Assembly: GCA_016297265.1 (NCBI GenBank)
Contig: JAEDHB010000001.1
Location: 79,681-143,680, forward strand
Reading direction: 5' to 3'
Length of the DNA stretch: 64,000 nt
Origin: Butyrivibrio sp.
GTDB lineage: Bacteria; Bacillota; Clostridia; Lachnospirales; Lachnospiraceae
Below are positions 29,576 through 39,200 of this stretch, piece by piece (positions within the stretch are counted from its first letter, which is position 1; every line of letters begins with the position of its first letter). A program made the translations under genes and the position numbers. Below the pieces are notes generated by a model. The model was not told the origin of the DNA. It saw nothing but the letters and a program-made list of their open reading frames with translations, and searched no databases.

Positions 29576-31120
29576 TTATTTTGCGTAATCCGTTACTCTC
29601 GACTCTCTAATCACATTAACTTTAATCTGACCCGGATACTCTAGTTCAGCTTCAATCTTCTTTGAAATATCCCTTGCGAGTACTACCATATCGGAGTCAC
29701 TGATAACTTCAGGAACTACCATAATTCGAATCTCACGTCCTGCCTGGATGGCGAATGATTTATCGACACCCTTGAATTCATTAGTAATATCTTCTAACTG
29801 TTTAAGTCTGTTTGTATATGTTTCCAGAGTTTCTCTTCTTGCGCCCGGTCTTGCAGCTGAAATTGCATCAGCAGCCTGAACGATAACAGCGATAAGTGAT
29901 TGTGGCTCAACATCTCCGTGATGTGCTTCAACGGCATTGATTACTATTTCAGATTCTTTGTATTTTCTGCACAAATCTGCGCCAATCTGAATATGTGAAC
30001 CTTCCATCTCATGATCAACGGATTTTCCGATGTCATGCAATAATCCGGCTCTTTTTGCAACTCTTACATCTAAACCGATTTCAGATGCAATTAATCCGCT
30101 TAATAATGAAACTTCAATGGAATGCTTGAGAACATTCTGACCATAACTGGTTCTATATTTCATTTTGCCGAGAAGTCTTACTAATTCCGGATGAATTCCG
30201 TGAACGCCGGCTTCAAGCGTAGCAGCTTCGCCTTCTTCACGAATCATTGTCTCAACTTCTTTTTGAGCCTTTTCAACCATTTCTTCAATTCTTGCCGGAT
30301 GAATACGTCCGTCAATAATCAATTTTTCAAGAGCGATTCTGGCAACCTCTCTTCTAATTGGATCAAATCCCGATAAAACAACCGCTTCAGGAGTATCATC
30401 GATAATAAGATCAACACCTGTCATTGTCTCAAGTGTTCTGATATTTCTTCCTTCTCTACCAATAATTCTTCCCTTCATCTCATCACTTGGAAGCTGAACA
30501 ACTGATATTGTTGTCTCAGCAACATGGTCGGCAGCGCATCTTTGAATGGCATTAACGGTATATTCCTTAGCCTTCTTATCCGCTTCCTCCTTAGCCCTTG
30601 TTTCCATTTCTTTGATTAAGACTGCAGTTTCATGTTTTACTTCTTCTTCAACAGTTTTTAATAGATATTCTTTCGCCTGAATGGAGGTAAGTCCTGAGAT
30701 TCTTTCTAGTTCCTGTACTCTCTTTGTACTAAGCGCCTCTACTTCCTGCTTCTTACGATTGAGTTCGTCCTCTTTGCGGCCAAGTGCAGCATCACGCTTC
30801 TCGACTGCATCGAGTTTCTTATCAAGAGTTTCTTCCTTTGATAAAACACGACGTTCAAACTTCTGAAGTTCTGCACGTCTTTCTCTTGTTTCCTTCTCGA
30901 GCTCATTCTTAGACTTTATTGACTCTTCTTTAGCTTCAATAAGAATTTCCTTCTTACGTGTTTCAGCAGTTCTGAGGGCTTCGTCTATTATTTCTCTTGC
31001 TTTACTTTCTGCACTGCCAAGTTTCTTCTCTGCAACATTCTTGTGATATGCATTAGAGATAAACCATACAACAGCAGCTGTTACAACGAAAGTAGCAACG
31101 CCTGTAATAATCGTTACCAA
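29576..31120 (-). CDS. rny: Ribonuclease Y
   Basis: N-terminal TM, coiled coil, KH motif [15 protein letters not shown] motif [15 protein letters not shown]. Confidence 0.97.
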   Translation of the reverse strand: MVTIITGVATFVVTAAVVWFISNAYHKNVAEKKLGSAESKAREIIDEALRTAETRKKEILIEAKEESIKSKNELEKETRERRAELQKFERRVLSKEETLDKKLDAVEKRDAALGRKEDELNRKKQEVEALSTKRVQELERISGLTSIQAKEYLLKTVEEEVKHETAVLIKEMETRAKEEADKKAKEYTVNAIQRCAADHVAETTISVVQLPSDEMKGRIIGREGRNIRTLETMTGVDLIIDDTPEAVVLSGFDPIRREVARIALEKLIIDGRIHPARIEEMVEKAQKEVETMIREEGEAATLEAGVHGIHPELVRLLGKMKYRTSYGQNVLKHSIEVSLLSGLIASEIGLDVRVAKRAGLLHDIGKSVDHEMEGSHIQIGADLCRKYKESEIVINAVEAHHGDVEPQSLIAVIVQAADAISAARPGARRETLETYTNRLKQLEDITNEFKGVDKSFAIQAGREIRIMVVPEVISDSDMVVLARDISKKIEAELEYPGQIKVNVIRESRVTDYAK

Positions 31121-31256
31121 TGTACAGGAGCACCTCCTTATTTAGTTTTCATTGTACAAAATACAACATACTAATGTTATACTTTTTTTATAAAAATGTC
31201 AAGAAAATTTGAATAGGGCTGTTATCATATTTGAAACAAAACGCCAAAAAAACGCC

Positions 31257-31862
31257 TTATTTTCTGATAATATTCCGGATTATTGAAGAAGAAAAACCTT
31301 TTCTGCATAAATATGCATATAGCTTGCCAATTTCTTTATCATCCAATTCAGCAATCTCTTCAATATGGTAACCCTTCTTACGAATTGCAGATTCAATCTG
31401 TGAAGCTTCATCTATCTCAATTTCATCAAGAACTTCATCAATTATCGTTGCTGATATACCTTTTTCATAAAGCTTATTCCTGATATACCGCTTACCGGCA
31501 TGCCTGTTGTTAGCTAATGATTCAGCCAAATTGCATGCATATCTTCTGTCATCAATATAATGGTATTCTTCCAAATGTCTGATTGCTTCATCAACAATTT
31601 CATCCGGATATCCGGCATCAAGAAGTTTTTGCCGGATTGCTTTCTTCGGTCTGTCATAATCCGATATTATATAGAGTATTCTCTCCCTGATTCGTTTGAA
31701 TAAAACATCTCTCAATTCCTCGTATTTATCAGGAGAAATATCATTATTCACTGCTAAGCCGAATTTTCTGATTTCTGACCTATATAGTGGGAATGCATAC
31801 TCTGAATCAATATAAACTCTCACTTTCTTATTATCCATGGGTTGCAATTCTGTAACAATCAT
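31257..31862 (-). CDS. recX: Recombination regulator RecX
   Basis: YIDDRRYA, KLYEKGI, YLCRKGFS; directly downstream of recA. Confidence 0.88.
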   Translation of the reverse strand: MIVTELQPMDNKKVRVYIDSEYAFPLYRSEIRKFGLAVNNDISPDKYEELRDVLFKRIRERILYIISDYDRPKKAIRQKLLDAGYPDEIVDEAIRHLEEYHYIDDRRYACNLAESLANNRHAGKRYIRNKLYEKGISATIIDEVLDEIEIDEASQIESAIRKKGYHIEEIAELDDKEIGKLYAYLCRKGFSSSIIRNIIRK

Positions 31863-31960
31863 AAATACTCCCCGTTTCATATATAACATAACGCCCACAA
31901 CATAAGCCACGGGCGTTATTGGTAGATTTTAATGAAATAAAAACAAATATTTCAAAAACT

Positions 31961-32980
31961 CTATTCTTCTGTCACAGCAGGTGCCGGATTAATAGCATAA
32001 TGTTCTCTGACTTTGTTTTCAACCTCTTCCATCACTTCAGGATGATCAGTTAAATATATCTTGGCATTCTCCCTGCCCTGACCAATCTTCTCATCATTAT
32101 AAGAAAACCACGCACCGCTTTTATTAATAACATTACAGCTTACCGCAAGGTCCAGAATATCTCCCTCTTTGGAGATTCCCTTTCCAAACATGATATCAAA
32201 TTCAGCCTCCTTGAAAGGCGGAGCAATTTTGTTCTTGACAATCTTGACTCTTGTTCTGTTACCAATCATCTCACCATTGCTCTTAAGCGTCTCAACCCTT
32301 CTAACATCCATACGGATTGATGAATAAAACTTGAGAGCTCTTCCGCCTGTGGTAGTCTCCGGATTACCGAACATAACTCCTACCTTTTCACGCAACTGGT
32401 TAATGAAAATAACAACACAATTAGTCTTACTGATAACTGCAGTAAGTTTACGAAGTGCCTGGGACATAAGTCTTGCATGCAAACCCACATGTGAATCTCC
32501 CATATCTCCGTCAATCTCAGCCTTAGGCACCAGTGCCGCAACAGAGTCAACAATAATAATATCCACAGCTCCCGAACGCACAAGTGTCTCAGTAATTTCA
32601 AGAGCCTGTTCACCGTTATCCGGCTGGGAAATATAGAGTTCATCAATATTGACACCGATTGCACTTGCATATACAGGATCAAGGGCATGTTCCGCATCAA
32701 TAAAGCCTGCGATTCCGCCTCTCTTCTGCACCTCTGCAACCATATGTAATGCAACAGTTGTCTTACCGCTTGATTCAGGACCATATACTTCGATAATTCT
32801 TCCCTTAGGCACACCGCCCATACCCAGTGCAATATCAAGGCTCAGGGAGCCTGTAGGGATAGTCTCAACACTCATTGCTGCCGCAGGATCTCCGAGCTTC
32901 ATAACAGCACCTTTACCAAAATTGCGCTCTATACTTGATAATGCAGCATCCAATGCTCTTAATTTGTCTTCTTTTGCCAT
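31961..32980 (-). CDS. recA: Recombinase A
   Basis: [36 protein letters not shown]. Confidence 0.99.
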   Translation of the reverse strand: MAKEDKLRALDAALSSIERNFGKGAVMKLGDPAAAMSVETIPTGSLSLDIALGMGGVPKGRIIEVYGPESSGKTTVALHMVAEVQKRGGIAGFIDAEHALDPVYASAIGVNIDELYISQPDNGEQALEITETLVRSGAVDIIIVDSVAALVPKAEIDGDMGDSHVGLHARLMSQALRKLTAVISKTNCVVIFINQLREKVGVMFGNPETTTGGRALKFYSSIRMDVRRVETLKSNGEMIGNRTRVKIVKNKIAPPFKEAEFDIMFGKGISKEGDILDLAVSCNVINKSGAWFSYNDEKIGQGRENAKIYLTDHPEVMEEVENKVREHYAINPAPAVTEE

Positions 32981-33012
32981 AGATAGTCAATCTCCTTAAA
33001 TAATTAAATATG

Positions 33013-33026
33013 TGAACAAATGTTCG
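33013..33026. promoter_or_regulatory. LexA (SOS/Cheo) box upstream of recA
   Basis: CGAACATTTGTTCA on the minus strand, matching GAAC-N4-GTTC. Confidence 0.85.
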
Positions 33027-33037
33027 TCTCTAAACTA

Positions 33038-33066
33038 ACTATATACTACTAATTCCCGTATGTCAA
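33038..33066 (-). promoter_or_regulatory. Sigma-A promoter of recA
   Basis: TTGACA-17 bp-TATAGT. Confidence 0.75.
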
Positions 33067-33367
33067 TATTTTTTTACAAATTCAGACACCGGGATTTTGG
33101 TTATAGTCAAGAAGGATGTTGATGTAATTTCCGGGAAAAATATAAGGTTAACCGATTATTTCATAGGGAATAAAATGTTTAGAATCTGATAACGCGATAT
33201 TAACACATTTTTTCAAAAAATAGAATAAAAATCCAACATGAATTTTATGACATATTTTTACGCAGGTATTGATTAAAATAATTAAGTAATCATACCTGTT
33301 GCTTCATATTTTCAGTTGTTTTATAAAAAATAAGATAGCAACACCTTTACTTATTCCACCCTGATAT

Positions 33368-34426
33368 CTACGGATTACATTTCCTGCATGCCTTATAACC
33401 CATATTAATAACCTCATCCCTTGTGCCTGAAAATGCTTTTTTATTGCTTTCTTTCATAAGCTTAACACTGCTGCAGCCGGACAAATGGAACAATTTCGAA
33501 TTAGTATTGAGAATATATGAAACACGCTCCTGTTTTTGCGTATTTTCCTGCGTTGTACTTTCCTTTGTCGTCTCTGTAGCACCGCCCTCTGCAACAGCAT
33601 TACCGTTTGCATAATTAATTTTCACACCGGGCTGAACATTGAACACAAATACATTGAAACATATTCCTTCTCCTTCATCCTCCACCGAAAATGCTTCCAT
33701 AAGCACTCCATCAGCCACAAGATTACTATTTTTGTAATATGGGGTCACGCGGTAAAGCACATGATTGCCGCTTTCTTTTACATAGTCGGCCACCATATTT
33801 TCAAACGGAAGCATACCCTTAACATTAAAATACCTGGTTCCTGTAATCAGGTTCTTATAATTTGCATTCTCGCCGGCAAGCTGAAATCCAATCAGATGGC
33901 ATCTGTTATACAAATATTTTCCGTCAACAAAATCAAACTTAAGTGTCTGCCAGCCGGAAGGCTTTATCATTCCTATCGCCTCACGCTCCTCAGTCGGCAT
34001 AAGCTCCTTGCAGATATTCGCATATGCAACACCGCATCTTCCAAGTTCGTCAGTTTCGGAATATTTTTCAAATACCTTTGTATTCTTTTCCGACAGCTTA
34101 AAATATGGAATATTACCGTTAATTGCAACATATGGCTTACCGGAATAAGAAGGAATCTTTTCCATTGATGTGCTCGCGAAGGTTTCCGGTTCGGTTTCCG
34201 GTATTGTCTCGAGCTGTGGAATGGTTTCCTGTACAGTTTCATCTGTCTGCGTTTTGGTCGAAGTCTCTGAAGGCGGTTCCGTAAGATTCTCCGACTGCAA
34301 ATATGTATCCGAATAGCTTTCCGCAATATCTGTAGTAGCATTCTGCGAATCATTTTTTCCCGAACATCCTGTGATTGAGAACAAAAGGAATAAAATCAGT
34401 ACTAATTTTGATATTTTCTTAATCAT
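33368..34426 (-). CDS. Lipoprotein DNA/RNA non-specific endonuclease (DNA-entry nuclease-like) with C-terminal Ada-like Zn-binding domain
   Basis: Lipobox ITGC; Thr/Glu linker; YNRCHLIG...NLITGTRYFN (His-Me nuclease); YRVTP; C-terminal FH...C...GYKACRKCNP. Confidence 0.88.
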   Translation of the reverse strand: MIKKISKLVLILFLLFSITGCSGKNDSQNATTDIAESYSDTYLQSENLTEPPSETSTKTQTDETVQETIPQLETIPETEPETFASTSMEKIPSYSGKPYVAINGNIPYFKLSEKNTKVFEKYSETDELGRCGVAYANICKELMPTEEREAIGMIKPSGWQTLKFDFVDGKYLYNRCHLIGFQLAGENANYKNLITGTRYFNVKGMLPFENMVADYVKESGNHVLYRVTPYYKNSNLVADGVLMEAFSVEDEGEGICFNVFVFNVQPGVKINYANGNAVAEGGATETTKESTTQENTQKQERVSYILNTNSKLFHLSGCSSVKLMKESNKKAFSGTRDEVINMGYKACRKCNP

Positions 34427-34827
34427 TTGTAAATCTCCACTGTTATTTTCTCATGGGAATTTCCGACAAATTCCGTTGTAAAAGCCAATTCCATAGCCGA
34501 ATAATCAAAGTTAAAATGCACATCAGAAGGATATGCCCTGTTCCATCTGACAACCGTCAACCCGGTGATGTCAAGCATGGAATAATCAGGGTTATTCTTT
34601 TCAATAAAAAAATAATCTTCATCCCCGAGCATCTTCACATCATTTTCATCAATCTCAACAAGTCCGTCAGCAGTCCCGTCATATTGTTTGAAGGAATAAT
34701 CCGACATATATATCCTGCCGGTTTCCAGAATCTCCATCAAGCAAGGAAACAACGCTTTATCAGAAGACTGGCGCCTGTTATTGAATGCAAAGCCACCATC
34801 ATCATCAACACATATTATCAGTTTCAT
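34423..34827 (-). CDS. Hypothetical protein, probable degenerate DHFR fold
   Basis: ATG at 34827 behind GGGAG; stop overlaps the nuclease start (ATGA); DHFR-like pattern at both termini. Confidence 0.65.
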   Translation of the reverse strand: MKLIICVDDDGGFAFNNRRQSSDKALFPCLMEILETGRIYMSDYSFKQYDGTADGLVEIDENDVKMLGDEDYFFIEKNNPDYSMLDITGLTVVRWNRAYPSDVHFNFDYSAMELAFTTEFVGNSHEKITVEIYK

Positions 34828-34867
34828 CTTTTCTCCCTTTGGCATGTAATATAAAAATTATCACAAA

Positions 34868-34902
34868 TAAAAGAAAAGAACCTGTAAATAATACAGGTTC
34901 TT
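34868..34902 (-). terminator. Terminator after tRNA-Glu
   Basis: AAGAACCTGTA-loop-TACAGGTTCTT followed by a T-rich tract. Confidence 0.75.
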
Positions 34903-34905
34903 AAG

Positions 34906-34977
34906 TAGCCAATAGGGGAATCGAACCCCTGTTTCCGCCGTGAGAGGGCGGCGTCTTAACCTCTTGACCAATTGGCC
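34906..34977 (-). tRNA. tRNA-Glu (anticodon CTC)
   Basis: GGCCAATTGGTCAAGAGGTTAAGACGCCGCCCTCTCACGGCGGAAACAGGGGTTCGATTCCCCTATTGGCTA folds as a cloverleaf; CCA not encoded; TTGCAT-17-TATTAT promoter upstream. Confidence 0.96.
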
Positions 34978-35057
34978 ATCTGTCTCGTACTTGCATATAA
35001 TACTATATCGAAATACAAAATGCAAGTACTTTTTTTATTTTTTTAATAAATCATATA

Positions 35058-35624
35058 TTATTTAAATACCTTGTCACACAGTTCCACATATTCCTGCCAT
35101 TGCACGGTATTGGAAAGCTCTTTTACCGCATTGGATATCTCCCTGTGATACCACTCATGCTGCGATTTGTCTTTTTGATTAAAGCAATCCCAAAGCCTGT
35201 CTCCCATATGTTGGATATCCGTATACATTGACCTTAAATTGGACAATTTGTCGGCCAGCGCTATTATTTTAACATTGGTCGATGCCAGCTTCAGATGTTC
35301 TATCGTCTCCAGTTTGCGAAGCTTCCAGGTCTCGCTTGCCAGTTGATTGCGCCTCTTATCTTCGCTTTCCTCAGCAACCAGGGCAGCTACCTTGTCACCA
35401 AACATTTTGCTGATATCTTCCAGAGTATAAGCCGTATCTTCAACGACATCATGCAATAATGCCGCAATAATCACATCCTCATCACTACTCATCTGCGCAA
35501 CAATTTCAGCCACCTCAATAGGATGGGTGATGTACGGAGTGTCGGATGTTTTTCTAACAATGCCCTTATGTGCTTCTTTTGCAAATTCAAGTGCTTTGGA
35601 ATAGCGTTCTGTTAACATAATCAT
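35058..35624 (-). CDS. HD-domain protein, small alarmone hydrolase/Mesh1-like
   Basis: AH.G..RK, PYITHPIEV, AALLHDVVEDT, ADKLSN. Confidence 0.8.
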   Translation of the reverse strand: MIMLTERYSKALEFAKEAHKGIVRKTSDTPYITHPIEVAEIVAQMSSDEDVIIAALLHDVVEDTAYTLEDISKMFGDKVAALVAEESEDKRRNQLASETWKLRKLETIEHLKLASTNVKIIALADKLSNLRSMYTDIQHMGDRLWDCFNQKDKSQHEWYHREISNAVKELSNTVQWQEYVELCDKVFK

Positions 35625-35692
35625 TCACCTGCCTGACCATTTTACCGCACAAGGCGAATTATCCGTCATTGTGCGGGGCTTTCCTCAAAATA

Positions 35693-36190
35693 TTATTTGT
35701 TAGTATCAATACCAAAGCCTTTGGCAATTTCTTTTACATCGTCAATGGTTGAGTCACCGGTAGCCTGAATAAACACAAAAGTATTTCTGTCACGAAAAGC
35801 GACATATTTGTAAGTGTCATTATGAGCAACCAGCAAATCATCCTCATAAACTTCGTATTTCTCGTAATAACCGATTTTCTGTGCAAGTGTATCCTTTACA
35901 CCGCCATAGTACTTGTCAGCGACAACCTGCTGTTCGCATCTGAAATACAAAACACCGATGTCAGGATGGGTCTTACTGATTGCACTTGCAGATTCAATAC
36001 CTGCAGCCTCAGCTTCCTGATGGGATACATTAAATTCAAACTTATCCATATCATCACAGATGTTTTCAAACTCCTCAGGGGTAATAGGATCATCAATTTT
36101 TTGGATTATTTTTTTACAACCGGTAAAACAGAAAACAATAACTATTGATAACAGAGATAATATCAATCTCTTTGTAATTGTTTTTTTCAT
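35693..36190 (-). CDS. Hypothetical lipoprotein
   Basis: Signal peptide with lipobox FTGC; AGGAG RBS. Confidence 0.75.
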   Translation of the reverse strand: MKKTITKRLILSLLSIVIVFCFTGCKKIIQKIDDPITPEEFENICDDMDKFEFNVSHQEAEAAGIESASAISKTHPDIGVLYFRCEQQVVADKYYGGVKDTLAQKIGYYEKYEVYEDDLLVAHNDTYKYVAFRDRNTFVFIQATGDSTIDDVKEIAKGFGIDTNK

Positions 36191-36270
36191 AATGAAACTC
36201 CTTGATAAAAAAAGTATTTTATATATTATCGTAGTTTATATTAATAATGTCAAGTCAATGAAAAAACATT

Positions 36271-39200
36271 CTACTCTCCGCCACCCATATAATCAAACAA
36301 CGAAATCTGATTGCTGTAATTCATGCTTCCAAGTATTCCCAGGTCTTTCATTAGGGTTGCGTTTACGCTTGAAACCTTGCTTCTGGACATAAAATCCTCC
36401 ACAGACAGGAATTTGCCGTTTTTTGCCGCCTCATATATGCCGTCGGCAGCAACTTCGCCAAGTCCGTCAATGGATTTGAACGGTGGTAAAAGCTTACCAT
36501 CCACAATCTGGAAATTTCTGGAATGGGACTTGTACAAGTCAATTGGCAGAAAATCAAAGCCACGGGCATACATTTCCTGAACCAGACGCATGTCCTTAAG
36601 CTGTCCTTCCTCCTTTTTGCTGATTGTTTTGAGTTCTAGTTTTTTCTTATATTCAGCAATATAATAATTCAGTTTTTCCTTGCCAAAACACATTAACTCA
36701 TAAGAAAAATTGTCGGCACGGATACTAAAATATGCACAATAATACTCCAGAGGGTAAAATACTTTGCAATATGCAATTCGCCAAGCCATCATAACATAGG
36801 CCGCGGCATGTGCCTTCGGAAACATGTATTTAATCTGTTCACAGGACCAGACATACCAGTCGGGAACGCCGTGGGCAAGCATGTCCTCCTTCCACTCCGG
36901 CCATTTATCACATTTCTTCTTTGCGACTACGCCCTTTCGCACATTTTCCATGATTTTGAAGGCTGTTCCTGCCTCAAGTCCTTGGTTGATAAGATATACC
37001 ATAATATCATCACGGGTACAGATAGCTGTTGAAATAGTTGCTTTTCCTTCCTCAATAAGCGTCTGGGCATTGTTAAGCCAAACATCAGTACCATGGGACA
37101 GTCCCGCAATACGCACCAGATCGGAAAAATGCTGCGGTTTGGTATCAATCAACATCTGCATGGCAAAATCCGTACCGAATTCAGGTATTCCGAGACAGCC
37201 AAGTTTTGTTCCTCCTATATCCTCCGGCTTGATTTTCAGGGCATCCAGGCTCTGGAACAAGGACATAACCTCAGGGCTGTCCAAAGGAATTGTCAAAGGA
37301 TCCACCCGGGTTAAATCCTGCAGCATCCTAATCATCGTAGGATCATCATGTCCAAGGATATCAAGCTTAAGAAGGTTGTGGTCAATACTGTGATAATCGA
37401 AATGAGTTGTCACAATATTGGATGTCATATCATTTGCAGGATGCTGTACCGGTGTAAAAGAATCAATTTCCTCACCATAAGGCAAAACAATGATTCCGCC
37501 CGGATGCTGTCCTGTCGAACGCTTAATGCCCATGCCCCCCGCAACAATCCTGTTAATTTCGCAATCCCGCTTTCTGGTGTTTTTCTCCTCAAAATAGTTT
37601 TTCACAAAGCCATACATTGTTTTCTCAGCCAGAGTACCTACGGTTCCGGCCTTAAAGGTCTGACCCTCGCCAAAAATAACTTCTACATATGCATGGGCTT
37701 TCGCCTGATATTCACCGGAAAAATTGAGGTCGATATCCGGTTCCTTATCTCCGTCAAATCCGAGGAAGGTCTCAAACGGAATATCAAATCCTTCCTTGCG
37801 CATTCTGGTGCCGCATTCCGGACAGTCGCAGTCCGGCATATCACAACCTGCACCACCTGCAAAAGCCCTGACCTCAGGGCTGTCAAAATCACAATAAAAA
37901 CAGTTCGGACACAGATAATGCGGACTCAGCGGATTTACCTCGGTAATTCCTGCCATGGTCGCGGCAAAAGAAGAACCTACGGAGCCTCTGGAACCAACCA
38001 GGTATCCATCCTCATTGGATTTCCAAACAAGCTTCTGTGCAATAATATACATTACCGAATAACCGTTTGAAATAATGGAATTCAATTCCTTCTCAAGCCT
38101 GTCATTCACGATTTTAGGCAGATTTGGCCCGTACATTTTGTGGGCATTGTTGTAGCAGATTTCCCTCAATGTATTGTCGGAATTCGGAATAACCGGTGCG
38201 CATTTATCCGGCCTTACAGGCTTGATTTTTTCGCACATATCTGCTATTTTGCGGGTATTTGTTATAACAACCTCATATGCTTTTTCCTCGCCGAGATAAT
38301 CAAATTCAGCCAGCATTTCCTCCGTAGTCCTAAGATAAAGCGGAGCCTGGTTGTCAGCATCAGGAAAGCCCTTGCCCTTCATAATAATACGACGATAAAT
38401 CTCATCCTCAGGATTGAGAAAATGCACATCGCAGGTTGCAACAACCGGCTTGTTGAACTCAGTACCCAGTTCAACAATTCTCTTATTAAGCTTAATCAAA
38501 TCAGCATTGCTTGTAACATTCGGATATTTGGGGTCATCAATCATAAATCGGTTGTTGCCCAAAGGCTGTATTTCCAGATAATCATAGAAATTGACAAGCC
38601 TTGCAATTTCTTCGCTGGATGCATTTTTAACTATCGCCTGGAACAACTCACCCGCTTCACAGGCAGAACCCAAAATAAGTCCCTCCCTGAGCTTTAAAAC
38701 CTCGCTCTTAGGTATCCTTGGTTGTCTGTTAAAATATGTCAGATGCGATTTTGAAATCAGCCTGTAGAGATTAACCCTTCCCACTTCCGATGTTGCAAGA
38801 ATGATGGCATGGAAGGATTTTCCCTTCTGAACTGATGTAATATTAAAATCTTCAATTTCATTAATTGATGACAAATCATTGATTCCGCGCGCCTCAAGTT
38901 TTGTAATAAGCTCTGTAAAAATATTGGCGCAGGCATTTGCATCATCGACCGCTCTGTGATGATTAAAAGCCGGCAGTTTCAAGGCCTTAGCTACATGGTC
39001 AAGCTTAAACTTACCAAGCGCCGGCAACAGAACCTTGGACAATCCCACCGTATCAACCACAGTATGTTTAAATTCAATGCCCAGTATTTTTTTCGCCTTT
39101 TCCCTGATAAATCCCACATCAAAGCTCGCATTATGGGCAACAAGTATTGCATCACCGCAAAATTCAATAAAGCGCGGCAAAACCGTTTCAACGGTCTCCG

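Noticed and set aside
33067..34905. Possible island integrated at tRNA-Glu
   Set aside because: No integrase and no convincing duplicate of the tRNA 3' end; only a short weak ATAGGGAAT match near 33163
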